A DNA stretch of 45,044 nt from an uncultured Gammaproteobacteria bacterium (GTDB taxonomy: Bacteria; Patescibacteriota; Patescibacteriia; Patescibacteriales; CAZTIC01), in NCBI GenBank assembly GCA_964613625.1, contig CAZTIC010000002.1, positions 1 to 45,044 of the forward strand. The letters run 5' to 3'. Under the pieces are notes generated by a model. That model saw nothing but the letters and a program-made list of their open reading frames with translations, was not told the origin of the DNA and searched no databases. Each line of letters begins with the position of its first letter. The stretch's first letter is position 1. Both the position numbers and the translations under genes were made by a program. Shown piece after piece: positions 9,008 through 18,139 of the stretch.

Positions 9008-9949
9008 TTAATTAGCCATAGTACAGTATTTATTTAGAAAATATTGATTTTTATTTTTATAATATGCCCAATCCATTTTTTCTTTTTGAAAAATTATGTG
9101 AGGTTTGTCGCCGTAGTAGGCTGCAAAATTACCAAAACTACTATTTGAGCCGATAATAGTATCGCAAAGAGATAGTAAGTACAAATCCTCTATTGGATTT
9201 CCTTTATTTATTGTTATATTGTATTTTTTAAATAGATTTTTATTAATTGGACCATCTGAAGTGAAAGCAAACATTGTATTTTGTGAATTTTTTCCAGTAC
9301 TTATTAAATATTCATTTAATATTTCACTTACTCTTTTTTGAGAGATTAAATAAAGGCCATTTTTGAATATTTTGTAATCATCTTGGCGAACATGAATTCC
9401 AATTACATTTTTGTATTTATTTTTTAGCTTTTCAATTTTTATTTCAGCTGTTTTAGTATATATTTTTTTCGGTTTAAAATAATTAATTATTTCTTTTCTA
9501 TATTTTATCAATCCTTCAGGATTTCTAAAAAGCCAACCAGAAAAATAAATTGGTAAAGTATCATTTTCAATTTTAATTAACAAATCATTTTCTTCAGTGG
9601 GGGATAGATAGATTTTTTTGCCATCTGAGTTTATAGACGAAGCTACTCTATTTTTAAAAAAATAAATAAAAGTTTTGGCGTATATTTTATAAAAAAATCT
9701 CCAAAATTTATTTTTTGGATTATTTCTTCTAGCGCGGTGATTTTTAAATGGTTTAAAAAATAAAAATTTAATCAGCTTGTTATTGATTGGTATATCAAAG
9801 TATTGTCCGTATTCAAAAAAAGAATAATTTTGACAATCAAAATCTTTTTCCAAGCAATAGGCGTAAACACTAGTAAATGTCCAAAGTTGATTCGCTAGTT
9901 CTCCGCCATCGTTTTGTAAAATAATTATTTTTTTTTTGCTTTTCTTCAT
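9008..9949 (-). CDS. GT11-like glycosyltransferase (distant alpha-1,2-fucosyltransferase family member)
   Basis: 313 aa. GGELANQLW, IGIHVRQDDY and IIGSNSSFGNFAAYYG parallel the GT11 motifs GLGNQMFQY / HIRRGDY / SNSSFSWW seen in ORF 19931..20797. Confidence 0.5.
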   Translation of the reverse strand: MKKSKKKIIILQNDGGELANQLWTFTSVYAYCLEKDFDCQNYSFFEYGQYFDIPINNKLIKFLFFKPFKNHRARRNNPKNKFWRFFYKIYAKTFIYFFKNRVASSINSDGKKIYLSPTEENDLLIKIENDTLPIYFSGWLFRNPEGLIKYRKEIINYFKPKKIYTKTAEIKIEKLKNKYKNVIGIHVRQDDYKIFKNGLYLISQKRVSEILNEYLISTGKNSQNTMFAFTSDGPINKNLFKKYNITINKGNPIEDLYLLSLCDTIIGSNSSFGNFAAYYGDKPHIIFQKEKMDWAYYKNKNQYFLNKYCTMAN

Positions 9950-10554
9950 AATTTTTTTAAAATAAAGTATCTAGTCCAAGAACTTTCAATTGGGACGTAG
10001 CTTTTTATTATTTTAAGATTATTTTTTTTTATTTCATTTGCTATTTTATTGTAGGGATAATCGATGTTTCCCATTTCCCAATGGTGCCCAGAGGGACCCC
10101 AGTATTTTTTATTATTGATTGCAGGGATTCTTAATTGAATATTTTTTTCTTTGATAAATGGAATTTTGAATGTTAGTCTTAAGAGTGATTTTCCGTGATC
10201 TGGTAGTGATATTACTAAATTATTTTTTGCCACTCTTCGCATTTCTTTTAATGCCTTGGAGAAAGACTTGAAAGGTAGGTGCTCTAGGATTTCAAAAGCG
10301 GCTACTATGTCAAACGAATTATCTTCAAAAGGTATTTTTAAAACACTTCCTATTATGTCTGGATTAGTTTCTGGATTATTATCAATTGTTGTAACCTTTA
10401 TGTTGTTTTCTTTTAATATGTTTGCCATAATTCCACCACCTGTTCCTATTTCTAAAACAGTAGCTGGATTAAAGTCGAAAATATTTTTATATTGGTGGTA
10501 GTAGCTACACCAACGAGCTTTGTGATTATATTCTTTTTGAAGATATTTATTCAT
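9946..10554 (-). CDS. Class I SAM-dependent methyltransferase
   Basis: VLEIGTGGGIMANIL motif I and FDIVAAFEILEHLP. 4-nt overlap with the downstream gene. Confidence 0.75.
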   Translation of the reverse strand: MNKYLQKEYNHKARWCSYYHQYKNIFDFNPATVLEIGTGGGIMANILKENNIKVTTIDNNPETNPDIIGSVLKIPFEDNSFDIVAAFEILEHLPFKSFSKALKEMRRVAKNNLVISLPDHGKSLLRLTFKIPFIKEKNIQLRIPAINNKKYWGPSGHHWEMGNIDYPYNKIANEIKKNNLKIIKSYVPIESSWTRYFILKKL

Positions 10555-10586
10555 AATAAGTTAGTTTTTAATTATTTTTTTCATCT

Positions 10587-11369
10587 TTATTTTTGTTTAA
10601 TTATTTCTATTATTGTTTTTTCTTTTTCAATAGGAAAAAAATAATAATTTTCTGATAGAGCTTCCTCTTTAAGAGTTATTGCAATAAGCTGAGAATTTTT
10701 ATTATCCCATTGATAAGGATTGTATTTTTTGCTTTTTAAAAAGTTGATTAATTGTTTTTTGTTTGAGTCTTTTACTTCTATATACAGTATTGGTCTTAAT
10801 TTCGTAAGTGTTTTTTCAGACCCTTTCATTATTGCGAGTTCGTGACCCTCGGTATCACATTTTATAAAATCTATTTTATTAATATTGTTTTCGTATACAA
10901 AATTATCAAGTATAACGGTTTTTATTTTCTCTTTTTCCAGATTTACTTCGTTGACATCTTCAAGGGATGCTGCTGGTGTGTATCTTAGTTTTCTTCGAAT
11001 GGGGATTTTTAAAGTTTTTTTCTCAGTAGAATCAGACATAGCAACATTTATTGGAATAATATTTTTTATTTTTTTTGCAACACCTGTAAGTATTCCGAAT
11101 ATTCTATTTTGTGGCTCAAAGGAAAAAACTTTTGACGAGTCGCACTTAGTGGCAAAAAAGAAACTTAACTCGCCCCGATTAGCGCCAATATCAAAAATAA
11201 TAGAATTTTTTTCAAGAATATGAGGAAGGATAGAGAGTTCCTGTTCTGCCAATTTATAATTTTTTAACCATCGAGAAACCCATCTTTTTCCTAAAATTTT
11301 TTGAAAGAATTTAAATAGCATCATCTTTTCAATCAAATGTGTCTTTAACTGATTTATGTAATTAATCAT
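10587..11369 (-). CDS. FkbM-family methyltransferase
   Basis: IFDIGANRGELSFFFA ... FSFEPQ ... IDFIKCDTEGHELAIMKGSEKTL. Confidence 0.8.
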   Translation of the reverse strand: MINYINQLKTHLIEKMMLFKFFQKILGKRWVSRWLKNYKLAEQELSILPHILEKNSIIFDIGANRGELSFFFATKCDSSKVFSFEPQNRIFGILTGVAKKIKNIIPINVAMSDSTEKKTLKIPIRRKLRYTPAASLEDVNEVNLEKEKIKTVILDNFVYENNINKIDFIKCDTEGHELAIMKGSEKTLTKLRPILYIEVKDSNKKQLINFLKSKKYNPYQWDNKNSQLIAITLKEEALSENYYFFPIEKEKTIIEIIKQK

Positions 11370-11432
11370 ATTATTAAAATAAATTACTTAGTTTAAATTT
11401 TTTTGTTTAGTTTGCCACTATTTATTATTATT

Positions 11433-12209
11433 TTATTTTTTAAACCAAAAAAGCCCAGTTCCAAATCCTTTTTCAGGTTGGTAATTATTATGAATATTTG
11501 CACCATAAATATATTTTTCTTCAATTAGTTGTAGGGGATTAAATAATTTTAGAACATAATCTCTTGTAAAAGCTCTGTGAGCATTAAAATATGTACGGTT
11601 TTTATTGTCGATGGGTAAGGAAATATATAAATTACCGTTTTTTGCTAAAACTCTCTTAATCTCTTTGATTGATTTCTCAGAACCAAGTGAATCAAGTGAA
11701 TCCCCATATCTTCCTAGCCCTATATGTTCAATTACGCAAATAGAGCTAAGTGATTTTATTTTGTTATCTTTGAATGGCAGATTCAAAATATTACCTTTAA
11801 TAAATGATAGATTTTTTTGCTCTATAGGTAGAGGTCTAATATCAATCATGGTGGTGGGTGTGAATTGAGAGATTAAGCCAATAAATTTTACACATGATCC
11901 AATATCAAAATGTTTTCCGGGTTTATTATCAAATATTTTTTTTGCACACCAGTTGTTTTGTAAAAAATAAATCGGATCTAAAGGAGTCGTAGAGGTTTTG
12001 TCGTATATGCGAGGATATAGGTCTTCTGTTTTTAAAATAAATTTACTATTTTTGTTTATTTTCTTATATTTTTTGTAATCACTAAAAAATGAAAATAAAT
12101 AACTAATTTTTTTCAAAAAAGTATATTTATTTTTTATTGCTCGATAAGAGATTACTAAAATTTTTAGTAGAGAAATTTTTTTTAATTTATTTTTTATTTT
12201 ATTATTCAT
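11433..12209 (-). CDS. DUF268-type putative SAM-dependent methyltransferase
   Basis: HFDIGS ... NLPFKDNKIKSLSSICVIEHIGLGRYGDSLDSLGSEKSIKEIKRVLAKNGNLYISLP. The GLGRYGD signature is recalled for DUF268. Confidence 0.55.
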   Translation of the reverse strand: MNNKIKNKLKKISLLKILVISYRAIKNKYTFLKKISYLFSFFSDYKKYKKINKNSKFILKTEDLYPRIYDKTSTTPLDPIYFLQNNWCAKKIFDNKPGKHFDIGSCVKFIGLISQFTPTTMIDIRPLPIEQKNLSFIKGNILNLPFKDNKIKSLSSICVIEHIGLGRYGDSLDSLGSEKSIKEIKRVLAKNGNLYISLPIDNKNRTYFNAHRAFTRDYVLKLFNPLQLIEEKYIYGANIHNNYQPEKGFGTGLFWFKK

Positions 12210-12490
12210 ATTAAACAGTATATGATTTTACATTTTTAATAGTAGGGCTTGAGTCACTTATGTCTATATAATTTTTATTATTATTCCAAAATAGAATAGG
12301 GTATAGGTATAGGAATATTTTCTCAAATTTATTAGGTATTTTTGTTTTTAACCAAAAGAATATTTTTATTCTCAAAGTAAGCCAGTTTTTTTATTTTGAT
12401 TAATTAATAATTGTTCTTTTCTATAGTCTTTCATGTTTTCATTAAGTTGTCCAATATTTTTCTAAAACGGCTAATAGGTTAATTTATCGA

Positions 12491-12856
12491 CTAGAGAGGA
12501 GAGTGTTTTGTAAATTGAGTCCATAGATAATAATCTCCAGCTAATTTTAGTGGTCCATTTATCTCTCCAATTTTTTTCCATAATTTTTTTTCTCCAAAAT
12601 ACGCTTTCCTGGTGAATAAAGTAAGAGTTTCGCTCATAGATACCTTTTTTATCCATTCTTGATTATAAATGCAGCAAGGTAATTTATTTATAGTTTTTAA
12701 ATTCTTATCCTGAGATAAAGTGGATCCTTTTATCCAGCTTATCTCAGGATATTTTTGTAGAGATTTTGTTATACCTTGGAAGGCATCTGGTAGAGATACA
12801 TCATCAGAATTTATCCAGGCATAGATATCATCTGTAGCTATGAAAAAAATAATCAA
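12491..12856 (-). pseudogene. Remnant of a GT2 glycosyltransferase (middle part only)
   Basis: The 121-aa ORF starts inside the fold (..WINSDDVSLPDAF.. ; ..FTRKAYFGEKKLWKKIG...LAGDYYLWTQF). There is no N-terminal xxIxxPxYN/DDxS region. About 280 nt of non-coding, decayed-looking sequence follow (12210-12490). Confidence 0.5.
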
Positions 12857-12990
12857 AACATTTTTTTAAAGGCGATGATTATATTTATAATTTTATTTTA
12901 TTGGTGGTATTTAATCATAGTATATGATAATATTAAATCATATTAACTTTTGTGTTTATTAGTTTTTTATTTTTAATTTAGCTTAATATA

Positions 12991-14052
12991 ATGAAAAATT
13001 CAAAAAAAGAAGTTCTTATTACCGGAGGGTGTGGATTTGTTGGAAGACATCTGGTTAAAAAATTAATTTTAAAGGATCAATCTCTCTTTATAATTGATAA
13101 CTTGTTTACTGGGCAACATCCAGATAGTTGGCTCGGAAATAGTTGGAGCCGAACTGAACTTGGGCATATTATTCTCTTTGAGAAAGATGGAATTTCCATA
13201 AAATATCTTGAACGCGATGTAATAAGTGTTTTTAACGATTTAGTTAATGGTTCGCTAGATGTTGAAATTCCTGATTTCTCTGATGTATATCACCTAGCTT
13301 CTATTGTTGGAGGAAGATCTCTTATAGAGGGAGATCCTATGTTAGTTGCAACAGATCTTTCTATTGATACAACATTTTTTTTGTGGGCCACGCGATTTCC
13401 TCACAAGTTTGATCGGATTCTTTTTACTTCTTCTTCGGCCGCGTATCCTGTAGATCTTCAGACTGATAAGAGTGTTGTGGCCTTAAAAGAAGAAATGGTT
13501 ACTTTTTCTGGAAATCTTGGTATGCCCGATATGACCTACGGATGGTCCAAGTTAACAGGGGAATATCTTGCCCATCTTGCGCATAAATATTATGGATTGC
13601 ATGTCGCTTGCGTTAGACCTTTTTCTGGTTATGGTGAGGATCAAGATCTTTCTTACCCCGTTCCTTCTATTGCTCTTCGCGTTGCGCGCCATGATAATCC
13701 GATTGATGTTTGGGGAACTGGTGAACAATCTCGTGATTTTGTTTATATTGATGATTGTATTGAAGCAATGTTTGTTATTTTAGACAAAATTAAAGATGGG
13801 CGGGGTGTGAATATAGGGTCTGGTATCCCAACTTCATTTAATGATTTAATAAATCTTTTATTAAAATTAGAAAATTATTCCGGAGAGATTAACCGTATGT
13901 TGGATAAACCAATTGGTGTTCAGTCTAGATACGCAGATACAACTATTTTAAATCAAGAAATAGGATGGAAACCTTCTATATCTCTGGAAGATGGTATGCG
14001 TAGAGTACTTAAAGGATCGCACAGACGTTTGGATAATAAATTAATAAGCTAA
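12991..14052 (+). CDS. NAD-dependent sugar epimerase/dehydratase (extended SDR)
   Basis: VLITGGCGFVGRHLVKKL Rossmann motif and YGWSKLTGE (YxxxK). Confidence 0.8.
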   Translation: MKNSKKEVLITGGCGFVGRHLVKKLILKDQSLFIIDNLFTGQHPDSWLGNSWSRTELGHIILFEKDGISIKYLERDVISVFNDLVNGSLDVEIPDFSDVYHLASIVGGRSLIEGDPMLVATDLSIDTTFFLWATRFPHKFDRILFTSSSAAYPVDLQTDKSVVALKEEMVTFSGNLGMPDMTYGWSKLTGEYLAHLAHKYYGLHVACVRPFSGYGEDQDLSYPVPSIALRVARHDNPIDVWGTGEQSRDFVYIDDCIEAMFVILDKIKDGRGVNIGSGIPTSFNDLINLLLKLENYSGEINRMLDKPIGVQSRYADTTILNQEIGWKPSISLEDGMRRVLKGSHRRLDNKLIS

Positions 14053-14061
14053 TAATAAATT

Positions 14062-15162
14062 ATGAAATATTCTATTGTTACCACAACTATAAATATACCA
14101 GTGTTACTTGAAAAATACGTTAAAGACACTCTTCTTTATAAAAGAGATTGTTTTTTTGTTGTTGTTGGTGATAAAAAAACACCTGTAGGAGCTAAGAAAT
14201 ATTGTGACAAGCTCGCAAGAGAAAATGATGTTGAAATTTTGTTTATGGATGTAGATTATCAAGAAAAATATTTGAAAGATTTTCCTGAGCTTATGAAACA
14301 TATCCCATATAATGTAATTCAAAGACGGAACATTGGATTACTTTATGCATATCAAAAAGGAGCCGATGTAATTATAACTATTGATGATGATAATTTTTTT
14401 ATGGATAATGATTTTGTTGGGCTTCATACTGTTGGAAAAACAAAAAAAATGAATGTTATATCATCTAGAACTAAATGGCTAAACGTTTGTTCTTTTTTAG
14501 AAGAAGAATTTGGGCGTGAATTTTATCATAGGGGATTTGCTCCCGAAATGTGGTTTAAAGATGAATCGCCTCAGGTTGATGTGCAAAATGTTAATGTTGT
14601 TGTAAATGCTGGTTTTTGGTTAGGTGATCCCGATGTGGATGCTTTGACGCGCTTATATTATTCTTCCAAACCAATTAATGCTACTGGATATAAAAGAAAA
14701 TCAAATTTTGCTCTTGCCAAAGATACTTGGAGCCCCTTTAATTCTCAAAATACCTCACTTCTTCGTGATGTCATCCCCGCTTATTTTTTAAGTCCGTTAG
14801 TCGGTAGATACGATGATATTTGGGGTTCTTATGTTGTAAAACGCGTTGCTGATCATCTTGGACATACAATATCTTTCGGACTACCTTTAGTTGAGCAAAA
14901 AAGAAATTTACATAATTATTGGAAAGATCTCGAAAAAGAAGTTGATGGGATGAATCTTACTATGCGTTTTGTAGAAGCTTTGTCGGCTGTAAATCTTTCA
15001 GGAAAGACATATTCTGAATGTTATTTAGAGATATATTGTTCTCTTCCAAAAATATTAAAAATTGATGCTATTGAAACAAACCACAGTTCTTATTTTAAGG
15101 ATTATATTGAAGGGATGGGTGTATGGATAAAAACTTTTGAACGTCTTAATTCTTTGGAGTAA
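14062..15162 (+). CDS. DUF288/STELLO-like putative glycosyltransferase
   Basis: IVTTTINIP ... FFVVVGDKKTP ... IQRRNIGLLYAYQKGADVIITIDDDNFF matches my recollection of the DUF288 pattern (VGDxKTP ... RKNiGYLyA ... DDDN). Confidence 0.45.
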   Translation: MKYSIVTTTINIPVLLEKYVKDTLLYKRDCFFVVVGDKKTPVGAKKYCDKLARENDVEILFMDVDYQEKYLKDFPELMKHIPYNVIQRRNIGLLYAYQKGADVIITIDDDNFFMDNDFVGLHTVGKTKKMNVISSRTKWLNVCSFLEEEFGREFYHRGFAPEMWFKDESPQVDVQNVNVVVNAGFWLGDPDVDALTRLYYSSKPINATGYKRKSNFALAKDTWSPFNSQNTSLLRDVIPAYFLSPLVGRYDDIWGSYVVKRVADHLGHTISFGLPLVEQKRNLHNYWKDLEKEVDGMNLTMRFVEALSAVNLSGKTYSECYLEIYCSLPKILKIDAIETNHSSYFKDYIEGMGVWIKTFERLNSLE

Positions 15163-16123
15163 GAAATATTTCATTAAAATTAATTTTTGGGAACCCCCAA
15201 TTTGTATTATTTGTAATGTTTGGGATTTTTGTTTTCTGCATTTCTGTTGTTTTTTTTCTAAAATATTTAAATTCTATACCGGGTCGCCCTGCTCTTCCAA
15301 TATCGTGATTTATATGGTATATCGGCTGAGAAAGAACCTGTTGTTTGTGTCCTAATGCCTCTAAGACATAGAGGATAAGCCCGTCGTGATATAAATTGTT
15401 TGGAGTTTCTTCATATCCGTGTGCGGCTTCCCATACATTTTTATAAGCCATCAAAAAATCACCCGCTGCATTCTCGTGGATTTTATTTTTACAAGGAGAG
15501 TTAAAATAATTCAACAAAGGACAAAAGTATAAATCTTTTATTTTTCTACCGTGGATAACACGATTTATCCACTCAAGATATGAAATATAATTTGTGCGTG
15601 TATTGTAGAAGATTTTAACTACATTTTTTTTGCATTTTTCTAATATTATTTCTTCTGGCATTGTCTCATCAAATTTTTTTATTGATATATCACTTCTATT
15701 AGTTCGGTAAAAACAATGCGGGTTTAATTTATTTTCTGATATAAATTTTATTAGAGATTCGCTGATTATAATATCTGGATTTGTTGCAATAATATATTTC
15801 CCATACGATCTTCTTATTCCAATATTTTTCGCAATATATTCTAAAAGCGGAATGTTGTTTTTTCGAACTTTATTATGAAATTCACTCGGAACGATAATCC
15901 CTCGTATTGATAGAAAAGGGTTTTTTGGTATAGTGAGTTCATTAATAAAATATTTTTTATTTAGCACAGGATTGTATTCAACTAAAACTATTTCTGATGG
16001 TATTTTGTATTTATTTACTAAAAAAGTTAGCACACGTATAGATGTCATCGTTCTGCTAATTAGATTTCCGCCATAATTATCATTTCTTGCTGTTATTACA
16101 AAGGATAGTTTTATTTTTTGCAT
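15146..16123 (-). CDS. Putative GT-A-fold glycosyltransferase (family unclear)
   Basis: LSFVITARNDNYGGNL ... EIVLVEYNP ... AKNIGIRRSYGKYIIATNPDIII. The 3' end overlaps the convergent gene by 17 nt. Confidence 0.4.
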   Translation of the reverse strand: MQKIKLSFVITARNDNYGGNLISRTMTSIRVLTFLVNKYKIPSEIVLVEYNPVLNKKYFINELTIPKNPFLSIRGIIVPSEFHNKVRKNNIPLLEYIAKNIGIRRSYGKYIIATNPDIIISESLIKFISENKLNPHCFYRTNRSDISIKKFDETMPEEIILEKCKKNVVKIFYNTRTNYISYLEWINRVIHGRKIKDLYFCPLLNYFNSPCKNKIHENAAGDFLMAYKNVWEAAHGYEETPNNLYHDGLILYVLEALGHKQQVLSQPIYHINHDIGRAGRPGIEFKYFRKKTTEMQKTKIPNITNNTNWGFPKINFNEIFLTPKN

Positions 16124-16139
16124 ATAGGTATTACTAGAT

Positions 16140-16970
16140 TTATAATTTTTTATTTATGTATCTTTTATTTTGGGCATCTACTCTCCACATGTAAAGAGGA
16201 ATAAAAAAAACATGACTATTTTTAAACGTTTCAGCGACCTGAAAATTAAAATCTTTATCAGCTCCTCGTCCCATAAAAGATGGCCATATTCTATCACTTA
16301 ATTTTCTAAATTGAACTTTTTCTATTACCTCTTTTTTAAAAAGAGGGGAGTTGCCTGTGCCTGGATAGTTTTCAAGTGACCCAAAAAATAATTTATTTAT
16401 CACCCTTTTTCTCTTCAAATGGAATGGGATTAATCTATTTAGCGATTTTGATATTTTTGCGACAAAGCCTTTTGATCTTTGAGACATTTTATAAAGCTCG
16501 TCTGGTTTTGACATTTCTGTATACAATGAAGGATCTAGTTTTTTATTAAGATATTTTTTATCGAACTTCATCCAATCAAGTGTAAGATGTGTTGAATTGT
16601 ATTTTTTTAATAATTCATATTGAATTTCTATTCTATTAAGCAGGGAGGCGTCATCGGCGTCTTGAAATGTAATATAATCTCCTTTCGCATATTTAAAACC
16701 AGTATTTCTTGCTAAATATCCTGCATTTATATTTCTATTAAGTTTTTTATCAAAACGATAGGGATCCAAGGGGGATTTTATAATTTTTATTCTATCATCT
16801 TTTGTCTTTAATTCTTTCGCAATACCTGATGTGTTATCCGTGCTGTTGTCGTTGACTATTATTATTTCTAGATTCTTGTAAGTTTGATTAATAACAGAAT
16901 TAACCGCTGTTTTAAGAGTTTTTTCACAGTTATATGCTGGTGTTATTACTGAAATTAAAGGATTTTTCAT
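16140..16970 (-). CDS. Glycosyltransferase family 2
   Basis: ISVITPAYNCEKTLKTAVNSVINQTYKNLEIIIVNDNSTDNT ... GDYITFQDADD. Confidence 0.8.
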   Translation of the reverse strand: MKNPLISVITPAYNCEKTLKTAVNSVINQTYKNLEIIIVNDNSTDNTSGIAKELKTKDDRIKIIKSPLDPYRFDKKLNRNINAGYLARNTGFKYAKGDYITFQDADDASLLNRIEIQYELLKKYNSTHLTLDWMKFDKKYLNKKLDPSLYTEMSKPDELYKMSQRSKGFVAKISKSLNRLIPFHLKRKRVINKLFFGSLENYPGTGNSPLFKKEVIEKVQFRKLSDRIWPSFMGRGADKDFNFQVAETFKNSHVFFIPLYMWRVDAQNKRYINKKL

Positions 16971-18139
16971 AGTTTTATAATATTATCAATAAAGTTCGCG
17001 TAGGATTCGCTAAATTTTTTTTTCGTATGATATTGGTTTACATACTTCCAAGAATCGTGAGCTGTATTATATAAGGTTGCTGGGTTTGTTTCAGATACTT
17101 TTTGTGCTAATGAAATAATTGACTCAACTGATGGATTTTCAATTATAATAGATGGGGAATTTTTAGATAAACCGGCCTCTCTTGTTATAATAGGAATAAT
17201 TCCCGCATGCATTGCCTGAATTACCGCACCAGAAGTTCCCTCGGAGGCTGATGGGTATATAATTGCTACGCATCGATTCATAATTTTAATAAAAGGTTGT
17301 CCTTCTATCGTCATTGAGCCATTTTTTGATATTTTAGGTCGTGGATAGTGGTGGATATTAGGCAGGTTGAGCTCTTTTTTATATTCTTTCGAAAATTCTT
17401 TTTCAAAAGGTGCTGGTCCGATTATATATAAGTTTAAGTTTGGCAATCTAGAAAAGGCTTCTACTACTAAATCAAGTCCTTTAAGAATTGCGCCACCACC
17501 ACCAAACCATAAAAAGTTCTTTCTAGCTAATTTAAAATTTTTATTTTTAGGAAAATCATATTTACATACAACTGAAATTGGAATAGGAAAGATGGGTTTG
17601 TTAGAAATTTTGTATGAGCAATGTATGGTTCGGTTGCCAAAACCTTCTATAAAATCAGCATAAGTTGTGTTTTCGGAGAGAGTATTTGTTCTTTGGGTTT
17701 TTAAAATAACGCCTCTTCTATTTTTTAGATCATTAAGTCGTTTCCGCTCAGCGTTATTTTGAAATTTTGAGTTAGCTGAAACAATATGTATAATTTTTAC
17801 ACATTCTTTTGGTAAGAACTTAGATAAGCGTTCAAGGTTGTTTTGTATATCTAAACAGAGTTTATATTTTTTTTTCGGTAGAAAAGTTTTATTATTCCAG
17901 TTTATTATATCTACATTATAGCCACGTTTCGAAAAAAGGTGAACAATTTCAGAGCATTCCCAATAACTTGAGTGAGGGTCTGTAAAATATTCGCTTGGAG
18001 CAAGAGTGAAGGGGCCTGTTAAATATGAAATAAGAATAGACCCCCTTTTTTTACCTCTACAAGGCGCATGAACAACCCCCCAAAGCTTGTTGGTTATTTT
18101 GTTTCTATATGCCCAATAGATTAAAGAAAATTTACGCAT
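16967..18139 (-). CDS. Glycosyltransferase, GT4-like (GT-B fold)
   Basis: FLWFGGGGAILKGLDLVVEAF ... IIYPSASEGTSGAVIQAMHAGIIPIITREAG. Overlaps both neighbours (8 nt and 4 nt). Confidence 0.65.
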   Translation of the reverse strand: MRKFSLIYWAYRNKITNKLWGVVHAPCRGKKRGSILISYLTGPFTLAPSEYFTDPHSSYWECSEIVHLFSKRGYNVDIINWNNKTFLPKKKYKLCLDIQNNLERLSKFLPKECVKIIHIVSANSKFQNNAERKRLNDLKNRRGVILKTQRTNTLSENTTYADFIEGFGNRTIHCSYKISNKPIFPIPISVVCKYDFPKNKNFKLARKNFLWFGGGGAILKGLDLVVEAFSRLPNLNLYIIGPAPFEKEFSKEYKKELNLPNIHHYPRPKISKNGSMTIEGQPFIKIMNRCVAIIYPSASEGTSGAVIQAMHAGIIPIITREAGLSKNSPSIIIENPSVESIISLAQKVSETNPATLYNTAHDSWKYVNQYHTKKKFSESYANFIDNIIKL

